64,000 nt of DNA from Candidatus Bathyarchaeia archaeon (GTDB lineage Archaea; Thermoproteota; Bathyarchaeia; Bathyarchaeales; Bathycorpusculaceae). Made by a program: the position numbers and the translations under genes. Below, one piece after another: positions 38,408-49,192 of this stretch (position 1 is the stretch's first letter; the number at the start of each line of letters is the position of its first letter). The notes under the pieces were generated by a model. The model saw only the letters and a list, made by a program, of their open reading frames with translations, did no database searches and was not told the origin of the DNA. Location of the stretch: NCBI GenBank assembly GCA_049515895.1, contig JBEKTQ010000009.1, forward strand, positions 38,720 through 102,719, read 5' to 3'.

Positions 38408-38550
38408 GCGATACCGCACTCTTGCGGCAGACTCATTTTTTTTGAAAAAATGCTTCTTGAACTTATGTTAAATTTGTCTTTAAAGTACCTTTGCCACGTA
38501 AATTTTCGTTAATTTCAAAACATAAAAAAGGGAAGACTGCGTGTAAGAGC

Positions 38551-38748
38551 TTATTTCTTGGGTTTAGGGCTCGGTTTAGCTGTGCTTGTTTTAGGTTTTG
38601 CCTTTTGAGAACCTGAAACAGGCTTCATAGGCGTTCCGCAGCAAACTATTTCGCAGGGTTCGCAACCGCATGGCTCATCAACCAAAAGTACTAGCCCGCA
38701 GTCTTCGCATTGGTATTTGTCGCCTTTTTTATTTGCCAAAAATACCAC
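38551..38748 (-). CDS. Desulforedoxin-like small Cys-rich metal-binding protein
   Basis: YQCEDCG...CGC..C..VCCGTPM. Confidence 0.7.
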   Translation of the reverse strand: MVFLANKKGDKYQCEDCGLVLLVDEPCGCEPCEIVCCGTPMKPVSGSQKAKPKTSTAKPSPKPKK

Positions 38749-38866
38749 CTACCTAAAAATACCGCTACATTATTCTAGCATTTTCATTCTTATAAGAATA
38801 TCCAAAACTGTTCCTATACTCTTTCAGCGTCAATTCTGCAGAGTAATCTTTAGAATGCTCGTTGAA

Positions 38867-39139
38867 TTATAGCAGCTTAAATTCGCCGAAGCCGTCGCAT
38901 TCTTCGCAAACCTGCCCGTTAATTGCCAAACGGTAATCTTTGCCTCTGCCAGAGCATGTGGGGCATTTTTCTACTTTTCCTTCTGGAAACATTCGCCAGC
39001 CTGTTCCGTTGCATTTTTGACAAAGGACGCCTATTACGGAATTGCTTCTGTCTCTGCCTGTTCCGAAGCAAATCTTGCATTTGACCCGTTTGTACTTGAT
39101 TTGTAAGTTTGTGGGTGAAGGCTCCAACGTTCTTTTCAT
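38867..39139 (-). CDS. Stand-alone DnaJ-type zinc finger protein
   Basis: Four CxxCxGxG repeats. Confidence 0.8.
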   Translation of the reverse strand: MKRTLEPSPTNLQIKYKRVKCKICFGTGRDRSNSVIGVLCQKCNGTGWRMFPEGKVEKCPTCSGRGKDYRLAINGQVCEECDGFGEFKLL

Positions 39140-39230
39140 TGGATGTACCAGAAAGTATCAATTTATGGTTTTCTCGTATTAAAGATTTATTGCTTTACAA
39201 TTTTGATGCGTAATCAAATAGCTTATTCTT

Positions 39231-39653
39231 TTAAAGTTTTTCTTTAATTTTATCTGCCATTTTGTCAAGTTTGTGTCTTTCAACCTCTTTGAGCTCGCCG
39301 TAACGTGGCAGTTTTTGCCCCTTAAACCTTGGAACAACGTGTGTGTGAAAATGGAAAATTTCTTGGCCCGCAGCTCTGCCGTTTTGCTGAATAACGCTTA
39401 TGCCATCAGCCTCCGTGGCTTGCTTAATAGGCAGAGAGATTTTTTTGGCGACTATTTGAATTTGGGTTAGCAGTTTGTCTGGGATGTCGAAGATGTCTAC
39501 AAAGTGAGCTTTGGGTATTACAAGCGTGTGACCCATGTTTAAAGGCCTTATGTCAAGGAAAACCATCACATCTTGGTCTTCATAAATTATGCTTGCTGGC
39601 AGTTGCTTTCTCACTATCTTGCAGAACACACAGGAGTCATCAGCAGCAACCAA
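39231..39653 (-). CDS. HIT family hydrolase
   Basis: CVFCKI, GHTLVIPK, HFHTH. Confidence 0.95.
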   Translation of the reverse strand: MVAADDSCVFCKIVRKQLPASIIYEDQDVMVFLDIRPLNMGHTLVIPKAHFVDIFDIPDKLLTQIQIVAKKISLPIKQATEADGISVIQQNGRAAGQEIFHFHTHVVPRFKGQKLPRYGELKEVERHKLDKMADKIKEKL

Positions 39654-39744
39654 ACCGTGTCACCATTAAACGGCCTAAACTTTTGCAATCAGGTTTATAT
39701 GCGATGCCAATTCATATTTCTTTTCAGCAATTGAGGTTTACAAA

Positions 39745-40032
39745 ATGAGCAAGTTAGAAGATCAAGTACGTGAAGAAGTCGGCAAAGTGCAAGACCCGGA
39801 AACAGGACAAAGCTTCGCTGAAATGCAGATGATCCAAAGCGTCAAAGAAACAGAACCTGGTACAGTCACCGTTGAGTTTGTCCCGACAAGCCCGTTCTGC
39901 CCTATCGCGTTCAAACTTGCAGCTGACATAAAAGCCGCCGCAAAATCAGTTCCCGGAGTCAAGAAAGCGATGGTTTTCTGCCGTGGACACGCGATGGAAC
40001 AGCAAATAAACGAAATGACCAACAAGCAGTAA
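39745..40032 (+). CDS. DUF59 / SufT-like Fe-S assembly protein
   Basis: V.DPE, TSPFCP. Confidence 0.88.
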   Translation: MSKLEDQVREEVGKVQDPETGQSFAEMQMIQSVKETEPGTVTVEFVPTSPFCPIAFKLAADIKAAAKSVPGVKKAMVFCRGHAMEQQINEMTNKQ

Positions 40033-40222
40033 AAAAGTTTTTTTCTTTTATTTCTTTTTCCAATTTTTAAGCAAACCTAACGAGGGCTAAACTGAATAGC
40101 AATCTTAGACAGAAGCGTTGCTGGATTTTAGCTAGAAATTCAGTCGTGAACAATAGGTTTCCTCCGTTTTTTACCTGCGATTATCAAGCTAATCCTTTGA
40201 AGGCAAAAAAAGTAAGCGGGCT

Positions 40223-40591
40223 TTATCTTGCGTAGCTGCATCTTCCGCTGCGGTGTGAACCCTCAGCATCCATGGGATCGCTATAGTCGCGAAAGCCTGT
40301 GTGAAGTTTCGCCCTTATCTCAAAGCGGACCCTGGAAATGTTTTTCGCCCAACTTTTCATCATCAGCACTATCCTATAGAAGTTCATTTGCCTGGCAATC
40401 GACAAGAAAGCAATCATGCTGATTGAAGCCAGCAAAACCATTAGAGGACTAATTGCAGCTGCCAGCAAACCTGCTGTAGCAACCAAGGCAACATAAATCA
40501 TGCTTCTTAACTTTCGCATATTTGTCACCAATGATTGATACGATGTTAGTTGCTTAAAGGCTTTATTATGGCTCAAAATCCCACTTAACAA
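40223..40591 (-). CDS. Hypothetical membrane protein
   Basis: Two TM helices; likely start at MRKLRSM. Confidence 0.5.
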   Translation of the reverse strand: MLSGILSHNKAFKQLTSYQSLVTNMRKLRSMIYVALVATAGLLAAAISPLMVLLASISMIAFLSIARQMNFYRIVLMMKSWAKNISRVRFEIRAKLHTGFRDYSDPMDAEGSHRSGRCSYAR

Positions 40592-40667
40592 AGCCTTAGG
40601 AAAATAAACATAAAATAGGATTGTTACTAGCCTTGCTGAAAAAAAATAAGACTGAAAAAAGGGTTTG

Positions 40668-41438
40668 CTACTTCATTCGGCTGAATGCCCATGTGCCTAT
40701 GACAACCATAATTCCATCGAATAACGCAACAACTCCGATATCAACCCATAATGATTGTACCTGAAATGGAGTCCATACAGCGCCCAAAGTGACGTGTCTA
40801 AGCGCGTCGATGCCGTAAGTTAACGGGTTCCATACGGCTACATCTGTCAGCCAGTTTGGAAGGCCGCCGCCTTTAAGGAGGAACAAAGCGCCGCTTAGAA
40901 AGAATAATGGCAGGTTAACAAATGTTTGGATGGCGCCGAAGCCCTCAAGGTTGCCCATGAAGCTTGCTATCGTTAATCCAATACTTACCAAGCCAAAAGT
41001 GACAAGCAGCATTACGGGGAGCGCGTATAGAACCGTTATTGGGCTTATTGGGATACCGATGGCTAAGCCGATGACGAAAACAATTATGCCCTGCATGAAA
41101 GCATCGGTGCTGTCCCCCACCATTTTTCCCAGAAAAATTGTTAATCTTGAAACGGGTGCGACTAGTGTTTCTTTCATGAATCCGAATTCTTTGTCCCAGA
41201 TTACGTTGATGCCCATGAACATGGCTGTGAAAAGCAATGTCTGACCGACTATGCCTGGAAGTAGTACTTGTTGGTAGTTTAAACCTGGCGGCAACGCGAT
41301 CCGCGCGGCGAAAGCTGCACCAAATATTATGAGCCACAGCAGAGGCTGAACGAAGCTGGTTACAAGCCGTGTTCTGTCACGGATGAACCGTTTGATTTCT
41401 CGAAGCCACAGACTATAGAAGCCGCGGGTTTCGCTCAT
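40668..41438 (-). CDS. ABC-2 type permease
   Basis: WDKEFGFMKETLVAPVSR, NPLTY. Confidence 0.92.
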   Translation of the reverse strand: MSETRGFYSLWLREIKRFIRDRTRLVTSFVQPLLWLIIFGAAFAARIALPPGLNYQQVLLPGIVGQTLLFTAMFMGINVIWDKEFGFMKETLVAPVSRLTIFLGKMVGDSTDAFMQGIIVFVIGLAIGIPISPITVLYALPVMLLVTFGLVSIGLTIASFMGNLEGFGAIQTFVNLPLFFLSGALFLLKGGGLPNWLTDVAVWNPLTYGIDALRHVTLGAVWTPFQVQSLWVDIGVVALFDGIMVVIGTWAFSRMK

Positions 41439-42421
41439 TTTATCGCCCTCCTGCGTGCGGCTGCTGCTCCATGTAGTTCTTTGGTTGTGTCTTCCCTGAT
41501 GTTTCTTCCCGTGTAATGCAAGAATACATCTTCAAGGTTAGGTTCACGTAACAGCAAAGATTCAACGTAGATGTTGTTTTGGGTTGCCAACTCCATGATT
41601 CTCGGCATCACAGTTTTGCCGTTGCGCACGGTTATTTCCAATGTGCCGTCTACGATTTGTTTGTTGCTAAACCCTAACGATTTAGTGACGAGCTCGGAAA
41701 GCTCATCAATTTTGTTTGTTCTAATTACCACAACGTCGCCTTCAAGCGTGTCCTTAAGCTTGGGCGGCGTGTCCAAAATAACAATCTTGCCGTGGTCCAT
41801 GATGCCGATGCGATCGGAAAGCCTATCCGCCTCATCCATGTAATGGGTAGTTAAGACCACTGTAATATCATGTGCTTTCTTAAGCTCTAGAATATACTTC
41901 CAAATGTGATCCCTTGTCTGGGGGTCAAGACCGACTGTTGGTTCGTCCAGAAACAGCACTTTAGGGTAATGAATCAAGCCGCGACCCAACTCCAGCCTAC
42001 GTCTCATTCCACCTGAGTAAGTACGCATTAAATCGTCTGCTCTGTCCTCCAGTTCAATAAGTTTTAAAATGCGCTCTATGCGTTCTTTCTGCTCTGAGGC
42101 TGGAACACCGTACAGGTTAGCGTGTATGTACAGGTTCTCTCTGCCTGTTAAACGGTCGTCGATGCTTGGATCCTGGAAAACAATACCTATTGATCTACGA
42201 ACCTGATTTGCTTCCTTAACTATGTCAAAGCCGTTAATGCTCGCGGTGCCAGATGTCGGCTTGAGAATGGTGCAAAGCATCGATATGACAGTCGTTTTGC
42301 CCGCCCCGTTAGGTCCGAGCAACCCAAAGATTTCGCCCGACTCGACTGTTATGTTTAGGTTGTCAACTGCCTTAAATGAGTTGTATGCTTTAGTTAATTG
42401 GCGGGTTTCGATGACTGGCAT
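41435..42421 (-). CDS. DrrA-like ABC ATPase
   Basis: GPNGAGKTT, YSGGMRRR, DEPTVGLDPQTR. Confidence 0.95.
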   Translation of the reverse strand: MPVIETRQLTKAYNSFKAVDNLNITVESGEIFGLLGPNGAGKTTVISMLCTILKPTSGTASINGFDIVKEANQVRRSIGIVFQDPSIDDRLTGRENLYIHANLYGVPASEQKERIERILKLIELEDRADDLMRTYSGGMRRRLELGRGLIHYPKVLFLDEPTVGLDPQTRDHIWKYILELKKAHDITVVLTTHYMDEADRLSDRIGIMDHGKIVILDTPPKLKDTLEGDVVVIRTNKIDELSELVTKSLGFSNKQIVDGTLEITVRNGKTVMPRIMELATQNNIYVESLLLREPNLEDVFLHYTGRNIREDTTKELHGAAAARRRAIK

Positions 42422-42574
42422 TTTTTAGGTTTCTCTTTTAGCAATTGGAACGTCAGCAAGATTTAAAGTTTAATAGCTTATTGAGTGAAAGAAAGCCGAA
42501 TTTAAAATTGTTGCTACACACGCATAGCCACAAACATTAATGTGCACAGGAGGCTCCATGAGAATAGGTGAATT

Positions 42575-43466
42575 TTGTTGCAAACTCAAGCCTCAACAGA
42601 AACTGTGCATTTCAAAATGTCCGACGGCTTCAATATTTTTGTTAGAAAATGGCCCTCCTCTGAACCGTATGAAAGAGCTGTGATTTTCCTGCATGGAATC
42701 GAGGTGCATTCAGGAGCCTTTGGCTTCATGGGACCCGAACTGGCAAACATGGGCAGCGGGGTGTACGGTTTCGATCGAAGAGGCATGGGAAACTCGAAGG
42801 AGCCTGATTTGCCAAGAAGGCGACACCAAAAGCTTTGAGCGACACCTAGAGGACATTGACGAGGTTGTTGATTTTGTGTGCAAAGCGCAGTCCGGAAAAA
42901 AGGTGTACCTTTTCGGTCACAGCATAGGCTGCGCCTACGCTCTCTGGTACGCCGCAAAAAACCCTGAGAAAACTGACGGGTTAATTTTGGCGGCTCCTCC
43001 AGTGAAAGAGGGTTTCAAGCTTCCCTTCGGAGACACGTTGAGGCTGATTCTTTCCCCTGCGTTTTCGCATCACTCAATGTACAACTTGGTTGACGAGTGG
43101 CCTCAGGCTTTCAAGGAAACCGAAGAATACAAGCTGATAACTGGAGACGAGCTGAGCACGAAGGAATTTGGGTTGGGTTTTCTTTTCGACGTTCAGACAA
43201 AGGTTGTAAACGCGATGTCTCACAACGCATCTAAAGTTAAAAAACCAGTTTTTTTGGTTCATGGAAACCAGGATGTCATAGCTTTGCCTGAAAGTTCAAA
43301 GATAATGTTGGATAAACTTGGTTCAGAAGACAAAACACTGCAAATGTTCCCTGGCGCCGACCACTTTTTTTATCAGAGCATAATTCCAAGAATGGGGTTA
43401 AAATATGATTTGGATAGGAAAAAAACGGTTTCGAACGCAGTGAATGATTGGCTAAAGAAACATTAG
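42575..43466 (+). CDS. Alpha/beta hydrolase (lysophospholipase-like), frameshift at ~42817
   Basis: FLHGIEVHS...FDRRGMGNS..DLPR/GDTKSF...GHSIG...HGNQD...DH. Confidence 0.85.
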
Positions 43467-43579
43467 CCGGGTTTGTCGGGATTTCAAAAATCCCTCTCTA
43501 AAATGAAATCTTATCTAAAGCTCCTTTGCAGTTCCGTAACGTTAAAATTTCCTTCTTACAATGTTGCTAGTGGTGAATT

Positions 43580-44020
43580 TTGTTGCCAGAATTGAATTTT
43601 GAAGGAACCGCAAGTTGGAAAGGCGGAACCGAATGTCAGCTATCCGTAAAAGGCAAAGACCTCGTTACAGTGAGTCCACCCCCGATGTTCGGAGGCAAAG
43701 AAGGCTACTGCGTGCCCGAAGACATTTTCGCTGCTGCTTTAGCGTCATGCATCAACACGCTGTTTCTGCTGATAGCAAACAACAGCCAACTGGGGCTTAA
43801 AAGTTTGGACACAAAAGCGACCGTTAAGATGAATATTGAAGGCATGGAGAAACTGATTTTCACGAACGTGCATTTCGAGATGAACGTGGGCTTGCAAACT
43901 GATAATGAGCGCGAACGCAAAAAAGCCAACGCTGTCTACGTGATGGCTCAGAAGATCTGCCCGATAAGGCAATCTTGGGGCGAAGCCGTTCCAATAAGCT
44001 TTGAGCTTTGTTTCAAGTAA
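43580..44020 (+). CDS. OsmC family protein
   Basis: PPMFGG....PEDIF..ALASC...CPI. Confidence 0.88.
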   Translation: MLPELNFEGTASWKGGTECQLSVKGKDLVTVSPPPMFGGKEGYCVPEDIFAAALASCINTLFLLIANNSQLGLKSLDTKATVKMNIEGMEKLIFTNVHFEMNVGLQTDNERERKKANAVYVMAQKICPIRQSWGEAVPISFELCFK

Positions 44021-44185
44021 CACAAGAGCTCTTTGGTGAGTCTTTTCTTCCTGACTTGCTATTTTTTTACTTTAACGTTTTGACGATTTTTTGGAAGTAA
44101 TGCCCATGTGGAAGCTGCTGGCAGCCGCGCATTAACCTTAAATACTGATTGCTTTCTACTGTTGCAATAACTGGGGCGACTTGGC

Positions 44186-44959
44186 ATGTATACTCAGACG
44201 GCGGTTGAGCTAAGAGATGTCACGAAACGCTACAACGAAATCGTTGCGGTAAACAACTTTAGCCTATCAATAGGCACAGGCGAGATATTCGGGCTTTTGG
44301 GACCTAACGGCTCAGGGAAATCAACTACGCTTAAAATGCTGCTGGGTTTAGTCACGCCTGACAAAGGCAACGTCACCGTTTTAGGATTAGACGTTACGAA
44401 GGATGCTGTAGAAATTAAACGTCTTACAGGTTACGTTCCTGAAGCAGCCAACATATACGAGTTCCTGACTGGAATAGAGTATTTGGATTTCATAGCTGAC
44501 GTTTACAGTGTACCCGCTGCGGAGAAGAAACAGCGAATAACCGAGTATCTTAAAGCCCTCCAGCTGGAAGGTCGGGAAGGCGACATGATCAACAGTTACT
44601 CGGACGGAATGAAGAAGAAAATCAGTTTAATCTCCGCTTTCATTCACAAGCCCAAGTTGCTGTTGCTTGATGAGCCGCTTAACGCTTTGGATCCCAGGTC
44701 AGCGAGGATAGTTAAGGATTTTCTGCATGAACTCAAGGGGCAAGGCGTCACCACGATCATGACGACTCATGTGCTTGAAATTGCGGAAGCGATATGCGAC
44801 CGCATCGGCATAATGTATCAGGGGCAGCTGCTAGCTTTAGGCAACATGGATGAGCTAAGAAAAACGGCGAGCCTACCTGGTTCAGATTTGGAGGATGTTT
44901 TCCTCAAGTTGACGGGCACGGAAGATTTGAGAGCTGTTGTTGAGGAACTCATGAAATGA
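44186..44959 (+). CDS. ABC transporter ATP-binding protein
   Basis: GPNGSGKST, YSDGMKKK, LDEP. Confidence 0.95.
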   Translation: MYTQTAVELRDVTKRYNEIVAVNNFSLSIGTGEIFGLLGPNGSGKSTTLKMLLGLVTPDKGNVTVLGLDVTKDAVEIKRLTGYVPEAANIYEFLTGIEYLDFIADVYSVPAAEKKQRITEYLKALQLEGREGDMINSYSDGMKKKISLISAFIHKPKLLLLDEPLNALDPRSARIVKDFLHELKGQGVTTIMTTHVLEIAEAICDRIGIMYQGQLLALGNMDELRKTASLPGSDLEDVFLKLTGTEDLRAVVEELMK

Positions 44960-46638
44960 ACTGGAAGAACGTCCTCTTCCTGCTCCGGGTGGAACGCAAA
45001 TCTGGCAGGCTAATCAGAGGAATAAAAGCTACAAGGTACAGAGAAACCAGTTTCATCGCGTATTGGCCTTACTGGGTCGCTGCAATACTCGGAGTTACAG
45101 GTGGCTTTCTAGCTGGCTATCTAGTAAATCTTTACTATTCCCAAACGACTAACACTGGATTACAGCCTCTAAGTACCGAAGCAGTTAGTTTCTTCTCTGT
45201 ATTGCCAACTCTTGTTTTAGGTATCAGCATAGTATTCACGTTATTTCAGCAAGTCCAGTTGGCTGGAAAGGCGTCAAGTCAAGTGATGTATTGGTTGCCA
45301 GTCACCTGGCAGGAGCACACTTTAGCTTCAATTTTGGCTAACTTGCTAGGGTTGCCGGCAGCATTTGTTGTAGGCTTAAGTTCTGGACTGATTGTATTTG
45401 CAGCATTTACCGGATTAATTCTACAAGCACTATTAACAATCGTCATTCTGGTTGCTGCGGCTTTTTTGGCTAGTTCGATAACAGAAATCCTGAGAGTTTT
45501 GCAAACGCGTTTTACCGGCGCTGTCTATAAATCGAGCGGAAGAGCAGCTATTTGGTTGCGACTTATAGGCTCATTAGTGGTCGTCGTAATATTCTACATT
45601 ATCTATTTTTACGCGATCTCAGGAACTAACACTTTCATTTCAAGCCTGACGGCTGCCCAGAACGGAGCATGGTATGTACCTTTCGTTTGGCCAGCCCTAA
45701 TAATTTCATACATCGCCAAGAGCTTGTTTCTTCAAAGCCTTCTTTACGCAGCTTTGTCAGCCTTTCTCATTGCAGGTTTGTATTACCTTGCTGTCGAATT
45801 AAACACGCGGTTCGGTCTCTATGAGCCGCCGGCGATCACGCTGCAAAAAAGCGGCGTTTACGCACCGAAGGTCGGGGTACTCGGGAAACTTGGTTTTTCC
45901 AGTGTTGAAGCTGCTTTAATTCGAAAGGATTTGAGAGGGTTCACCAGGCGGCGGGAGCTAATTGGCATCTATTTCTTGCCCATTATTTTGGTTATAGTTT
46001 CAATTTTCTATTCGTTCAGCGGCACAACTAATAGTGGAGGAACAGCATCTGCAAACATCATGATTTGGTCGGGCATAATTTTTTTGGTACCTGCCAGCGG
46101 AATGGCAATGCTTCTCGGACAAGTCTTGATAGGTGAGGAAGGGCAAGCAGTCTGGCGGATTTTTGCGTCCCCAATTTCAGCCAAAAACTTGGTTAAGAGT
46201 AAGTTCTTCTTAATCATGCTTTTTTCAGTCGCCGTTTTAGTGGTAACTGAGGCTATAGGCATATTTGTTTTTCATCCGAGTCTGCGAAAAGCAGTCATAT
46301 CTGTGCTTGAGGCCTTCTTTATGACACTAGCTATAGGATCGGTTTCGCTTCAGATTGGTTTTAAAGGTCCTGACTTTTCAGGGACAAGAAGGGCCAGGAT
46401 GGTTCGGCAGGAATGGTCACTATTAGGTTCTGTCGTCGGAGTAATTACTGGAGTAGGGGTCTTTGCGCCTGTGCTTGCACAATACGCTTTTGGGTTATTG
46501 TCTAAGGTATCCGTAAGTACAACAAACTACGCCATTGGCGTTGCAATAAGCGCTGCAATCTCAATCGCCGTCACCGTTATCTTCTATAGAGTCAACCTTG
46601 GTAGTGCGCAAGAGTTTTTGCGCAAAGCGGAAATTTAA
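44956..46638 (+). CDS. Multi-pass ABC permease
   Basis: About 12 TM helices; ATGA overlap with the ATPase. Confidence 0.8.
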   Translation: MNWKNVLFLLRVERKSGRLIRGIKATRYRETSFIAYWPYWVAAILGVTGGFLAGYLVNLYYSQTTNTGLQPLSTEAVSFFSVLPTLVLGISIVFTLFQQVQLAGKASSQVMYWLPVTWQEHTLASILANLLGLPAAFVVGLSSGLIVFAAFTGLILQALLTIVILVAAAFLASSITEILRVLQTRFTGAVYKSSGRAAIWLRLIGSLVVVVIFYIIYFYAISGTNTFISSLTAAQNGAWYVPFVWPALIISYIAKSLFLQSLLYAALSAFLIAGLYYLAVELNTRFGLYEPPAITLQKSGVYAPKVGVLGKLGFSSVEAALIRKDLRGFTRRRELIGIYFLPIILVIVSIFYSFSGTTNSGGTASANIMIWSGIIFLVPASGMAMLLGQVLIGEEGQAVWRIFASPISAKNLVKSKFFLIMLFSVAVLVVTEAIGIFVFHPSLRKAVISVLEAFFMTLAIGSVSLQIGFKGPDFSGTRRARMVRQEWSLLGSVVGVITGVGVFAPVLAQYAFGLLSKVSVSTTNYAIGVAISAAISIAVTVIFYRVNLGSAQEFLRKAEI

Positions 46639-47816
46639 GAAAAACTTGTCTGGCAGAACCTTTTGCCGCGCAACCTTCGGCTAATCGGGCTACCCAGACC
46701 TTCAGGTAGGGATTGCAGCAATCTCTTTCTTATAACAACAATGCAAAAGAGGCAAATTGTAATGGAAAACACAGATGTCGGATTAGTAGTGAGCGCAGCA
46801 TCCTCAGTGGCAGGTGGGAGCATTGGCGGATATGAGGAGGCGGGAAATTCTATATGTAGCAAAAGCGTGAGAGCCAGGACTGAAGTATGCCAATTCGAGC
46901 TGTCTGTTGTATTGCTTGAAGGTGACCATCCGCCGTCATAATTCTGAGTTGCGACGACCCGTTGTACAAAGGCATCGTTGACAAGTGTGCCTTGTCCTGC
47001 CAGATAAAGAAATGCTGCGGCTTCCCCTTCAAGATCAGTAACGATTGAACCATTGCCTATTAGCGCAGCGTTTGCTTGATACAGTGATTCTTCAAAATTG
47101 AGGGGCATTTGAAGGCTACAGTGATTGTCTTGAAGCCAAATGGTCGCCAGCAGCGCGTGCGTCAACAAATAGTCCCCGCTGTTCTCCGCATCAGTTAGCA
47201 TGGACAAATAATTGTCTGGCAAAGGTAATCGGTCGGAGTACAGGGCGGGAACCGTCAGGCGATCGATGTCGCTGGTTACCGCTTTGAAATCCGTTGGCTG
47301 CACCATGGAGTTAGAGTAATCAGCCATCCGACGGAATACTCGCAACAGAGCATTTTCTGGGTTCGACAATAGTTGTTCGTCGTAGGTTTGTAATGAATCT
47401 TTGAATTCTGTTATTCCAAAGCGTCGGTGAAGTACATTTAGCATCAGCAGTGCGTAGGGATCCTGGGTCTGCGCTAAGTAGTTAGTTGCGTTTCCAACCG
47501 CTTGTTCGAGCGTGCGATTGGTTCGTTGTTGAGCGTCTGCGGGAGGTGGTTGCGGAGTGTTTTGAGGTGTACTTTGGGGAAGTGTCGGCTCTGGGTTGAC
47601 TTGCGGATTTGTCTGTGAGAATAATTGTTGCATTAACGATAAGGGTCTTGGCGAAGTCGCATGCAGAGTAGGTTGCGGGGTTGGCAGTAAGATGCTCTTT
47701 GGAATCGTTTTTGGCTCACTCTGAGAAGCAGGCGGCGCTGGCTTTAGTAGCAGCGGTGCCGCCAAGAGACTGCAAGTTATGATTACACAGAAGACAACTA
47801 CAAGCAGCTTCTTCAT
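46635..47816 (-). CDS. Secreted/membrane-anchored protein with a prenyltransferase-like repeat
   Basis: Signal peptide, P/T/Q linker, QNYDGGW motif, C-terminal TM. Confidence 0.6.
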   Translation of the reverse strand: MKKLLVVVFCVIITCSLLAAPLLLKPAPPASQSEPKTIPKSILLPTPQPTLHATSPRPLSLMQQLFSQTNPQVNPEPTLPQSTPQNTPQPPPADAQQRTNRTLEQAVGNATNYLAQTQDPYALLMLNVLHRRFGITEFKDSLQTYDEQLLSNPENALLRVFRRMADYSNSMVQPTDFKAVTSDIDRLTVPALYSDRLPLPDNYLSMLTDAENSGDYLLTHALLATIWLQDNHCSLQMPLNFEESLYQANAALIGNGSIVTDLEGEAAAFLYLAGQGTLVNDAFVQRVVATQNYDGGWSPSSNTTDSSNWHTSVLALTLLLHIEFPASSYPPMLPPATEDAALTTNPTSVFSITICLFCIVVIRKRLLQSLPEGLGSPISRRLRGKRFCQTSFS

Positions 47817-47895
47817 ACACTTCCTAATTGCTCGTTTGCGTTTTTATGGTTTAGCATTTTGAGAGGTTTTCCACGACTTCTATGAGCTTTTGGGG

Positions 47896-48258
47896 TTACC
47901 TTTTGATTCTATATTGGAATATTGATAGTAAAACTACTGCCAAAGGAATGAAGATCATTAGCTGTTGGATGCTGTATTTGCGATTGTAATGTTTATCCTG
48001 TGCAAGTCCATCTGCGACTTCATTTGCCGCTGTCTTTGCCCTAACAATATGTATCGCGTAAATCAGTAGAGGGATATAGTTTATTCCTGTCAAGAATAAG
48101 TACAGACCTAATAAGAAGACGCCGTTAAACATCAACCCTAAACCGACGGCTACGATTGCTGGAGTTCCTATGCCAAACTCTGCCAATATGAATTTTGAGC
48201 CGTGAAGTGTGATATCAAGGGCAACGAGTTTGCGGATATTAATTAGTTTGCCTTCCAA
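47896..48258 (-). CDS. Membrane protein
   Basis: 3 TM segments. Confidence 0.65.
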   Translation of the reverse strand: MEGKLINIRKLVALDITLHGSKFILAEFGIGTPAIVAVGLGLMFNGVFLLGLYLFLTGINYIPLLIYAIHIVRAKTAANEVADGLAQDKHYNRKYSIQQLMIFIPLAVVLLSIFQYRIKR

Positions 48259-48434
48259 TTCTACTACCTAAGTGTGTAATGTCAAAACATTTGATTTTAC
48301 TATTCTTAGCTTTTGCTATATTTGCTTAGGTGAAGCTTATTCCTTTTCTTGGAGCTGTCCCGTGTTTTCAGGTTAATTTTGGGTTAAATTTAGAAGCAAT
48401 TAATGAGAGAACGTTAACCTGTTCGGTGATTAGT

Positions 48435-48623
48435 TTGGGCAATGAGGGGAAAGGAACGATATTTCGGCGCAAAGACAACAGGTACTTGCTTTATTTGCCT
48501 GTGCGCGTGGTTGACGACAGTATGTTCCCCTTGAGATGTACCGGTTCGATGCCAGTCAAAGTGAGTTTTAGCCCGAACAGTGGCAAGTTAATCGTGGAGA
48601 GATGGGAAGAGCAAAAAACCTGA
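48435..48623 (+). CDS. Small AbrB-like hypothetical protein
   Basis: GNEGKGTIFRRKDNRYLLYLP...DSMFP; GGTGA upstream. The ORF-track start at 48330 is probably too early. Confidence 0.5.
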   Translation: MGNEGKGTIFRRKDNRYLLYLPVRVVDDSMFPLRCTGSMPVKVSFSPNSGKLIVERWEEQKT

Positions 48624-48682
48624 AACCTTGCTTTGCAACTGTTTATTTATCAGTTTAACCAATTCTTTTTTAGTGAAGTTTT

Positions 48683-49123
48683 ATGGCAGATTTGATAGTT
48701 AAGAGTCCAGCTTTTGAGCAAGGGAAGCTTATCCCGAGGAAATACTCTTGCGACGGACAAGACGTCAACCCTCCATTGACCATTGCAGGCATTCCTAAAG
48801 AGGCAAAAACGCTTGTTTTAGCTTTAGACGACCCTGACGCGCCAAGCGGAACTTTTGATCATTGGATAGTCTGGAACATCCCACCGTCAACAAACAAGAT
48901 AGATGAAAACTCGGTGCCTGGAAAAGAAGGATTCAACAGCGCTAAGCAAACGGGTTACATGGGTCCTTGTCCCCCTTCTGGCACGCACAGGTACTTCTTC
49001 AAGGTCTACGCTTTGGATACCGAACTCGGCTTGGGGATAGGCTCGAGAAAGAAAGACGCTGAAAAAGCAATGCAGGGACACGTTCTGGCTAAAGGCGAAT
49101 TAATGGGCATATACCGCAGGTAA
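48683..49123 (+). CDS. YbhB/YbcL (PEBP, Raf kinase inhibitor-like) protein
   Basis: DDPDAP, HW..WNI, GPCPP.G.HRYFF. Confidence 0.93.
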   Translation: MADLIVKSPAFEQGKLIPRKYSCDGQDVNPPLTIAGIPKEAKTLVLALDDPDAPSGTFDHWIVWNIPPSTNKIDENSVPGKEGFNSAKQTGYMGPCPPSGTHRYFFKVYALDTELGLGIGSRKKDAEKAMQGHVLAKGELMGIYRR

Positions 49124-49192
49124 ATGCGGGACAGAAATTTTAATGGTTAGCTGATGTGCTAATTTGATGGCGTAACCTCATGGCTGGTTGAC

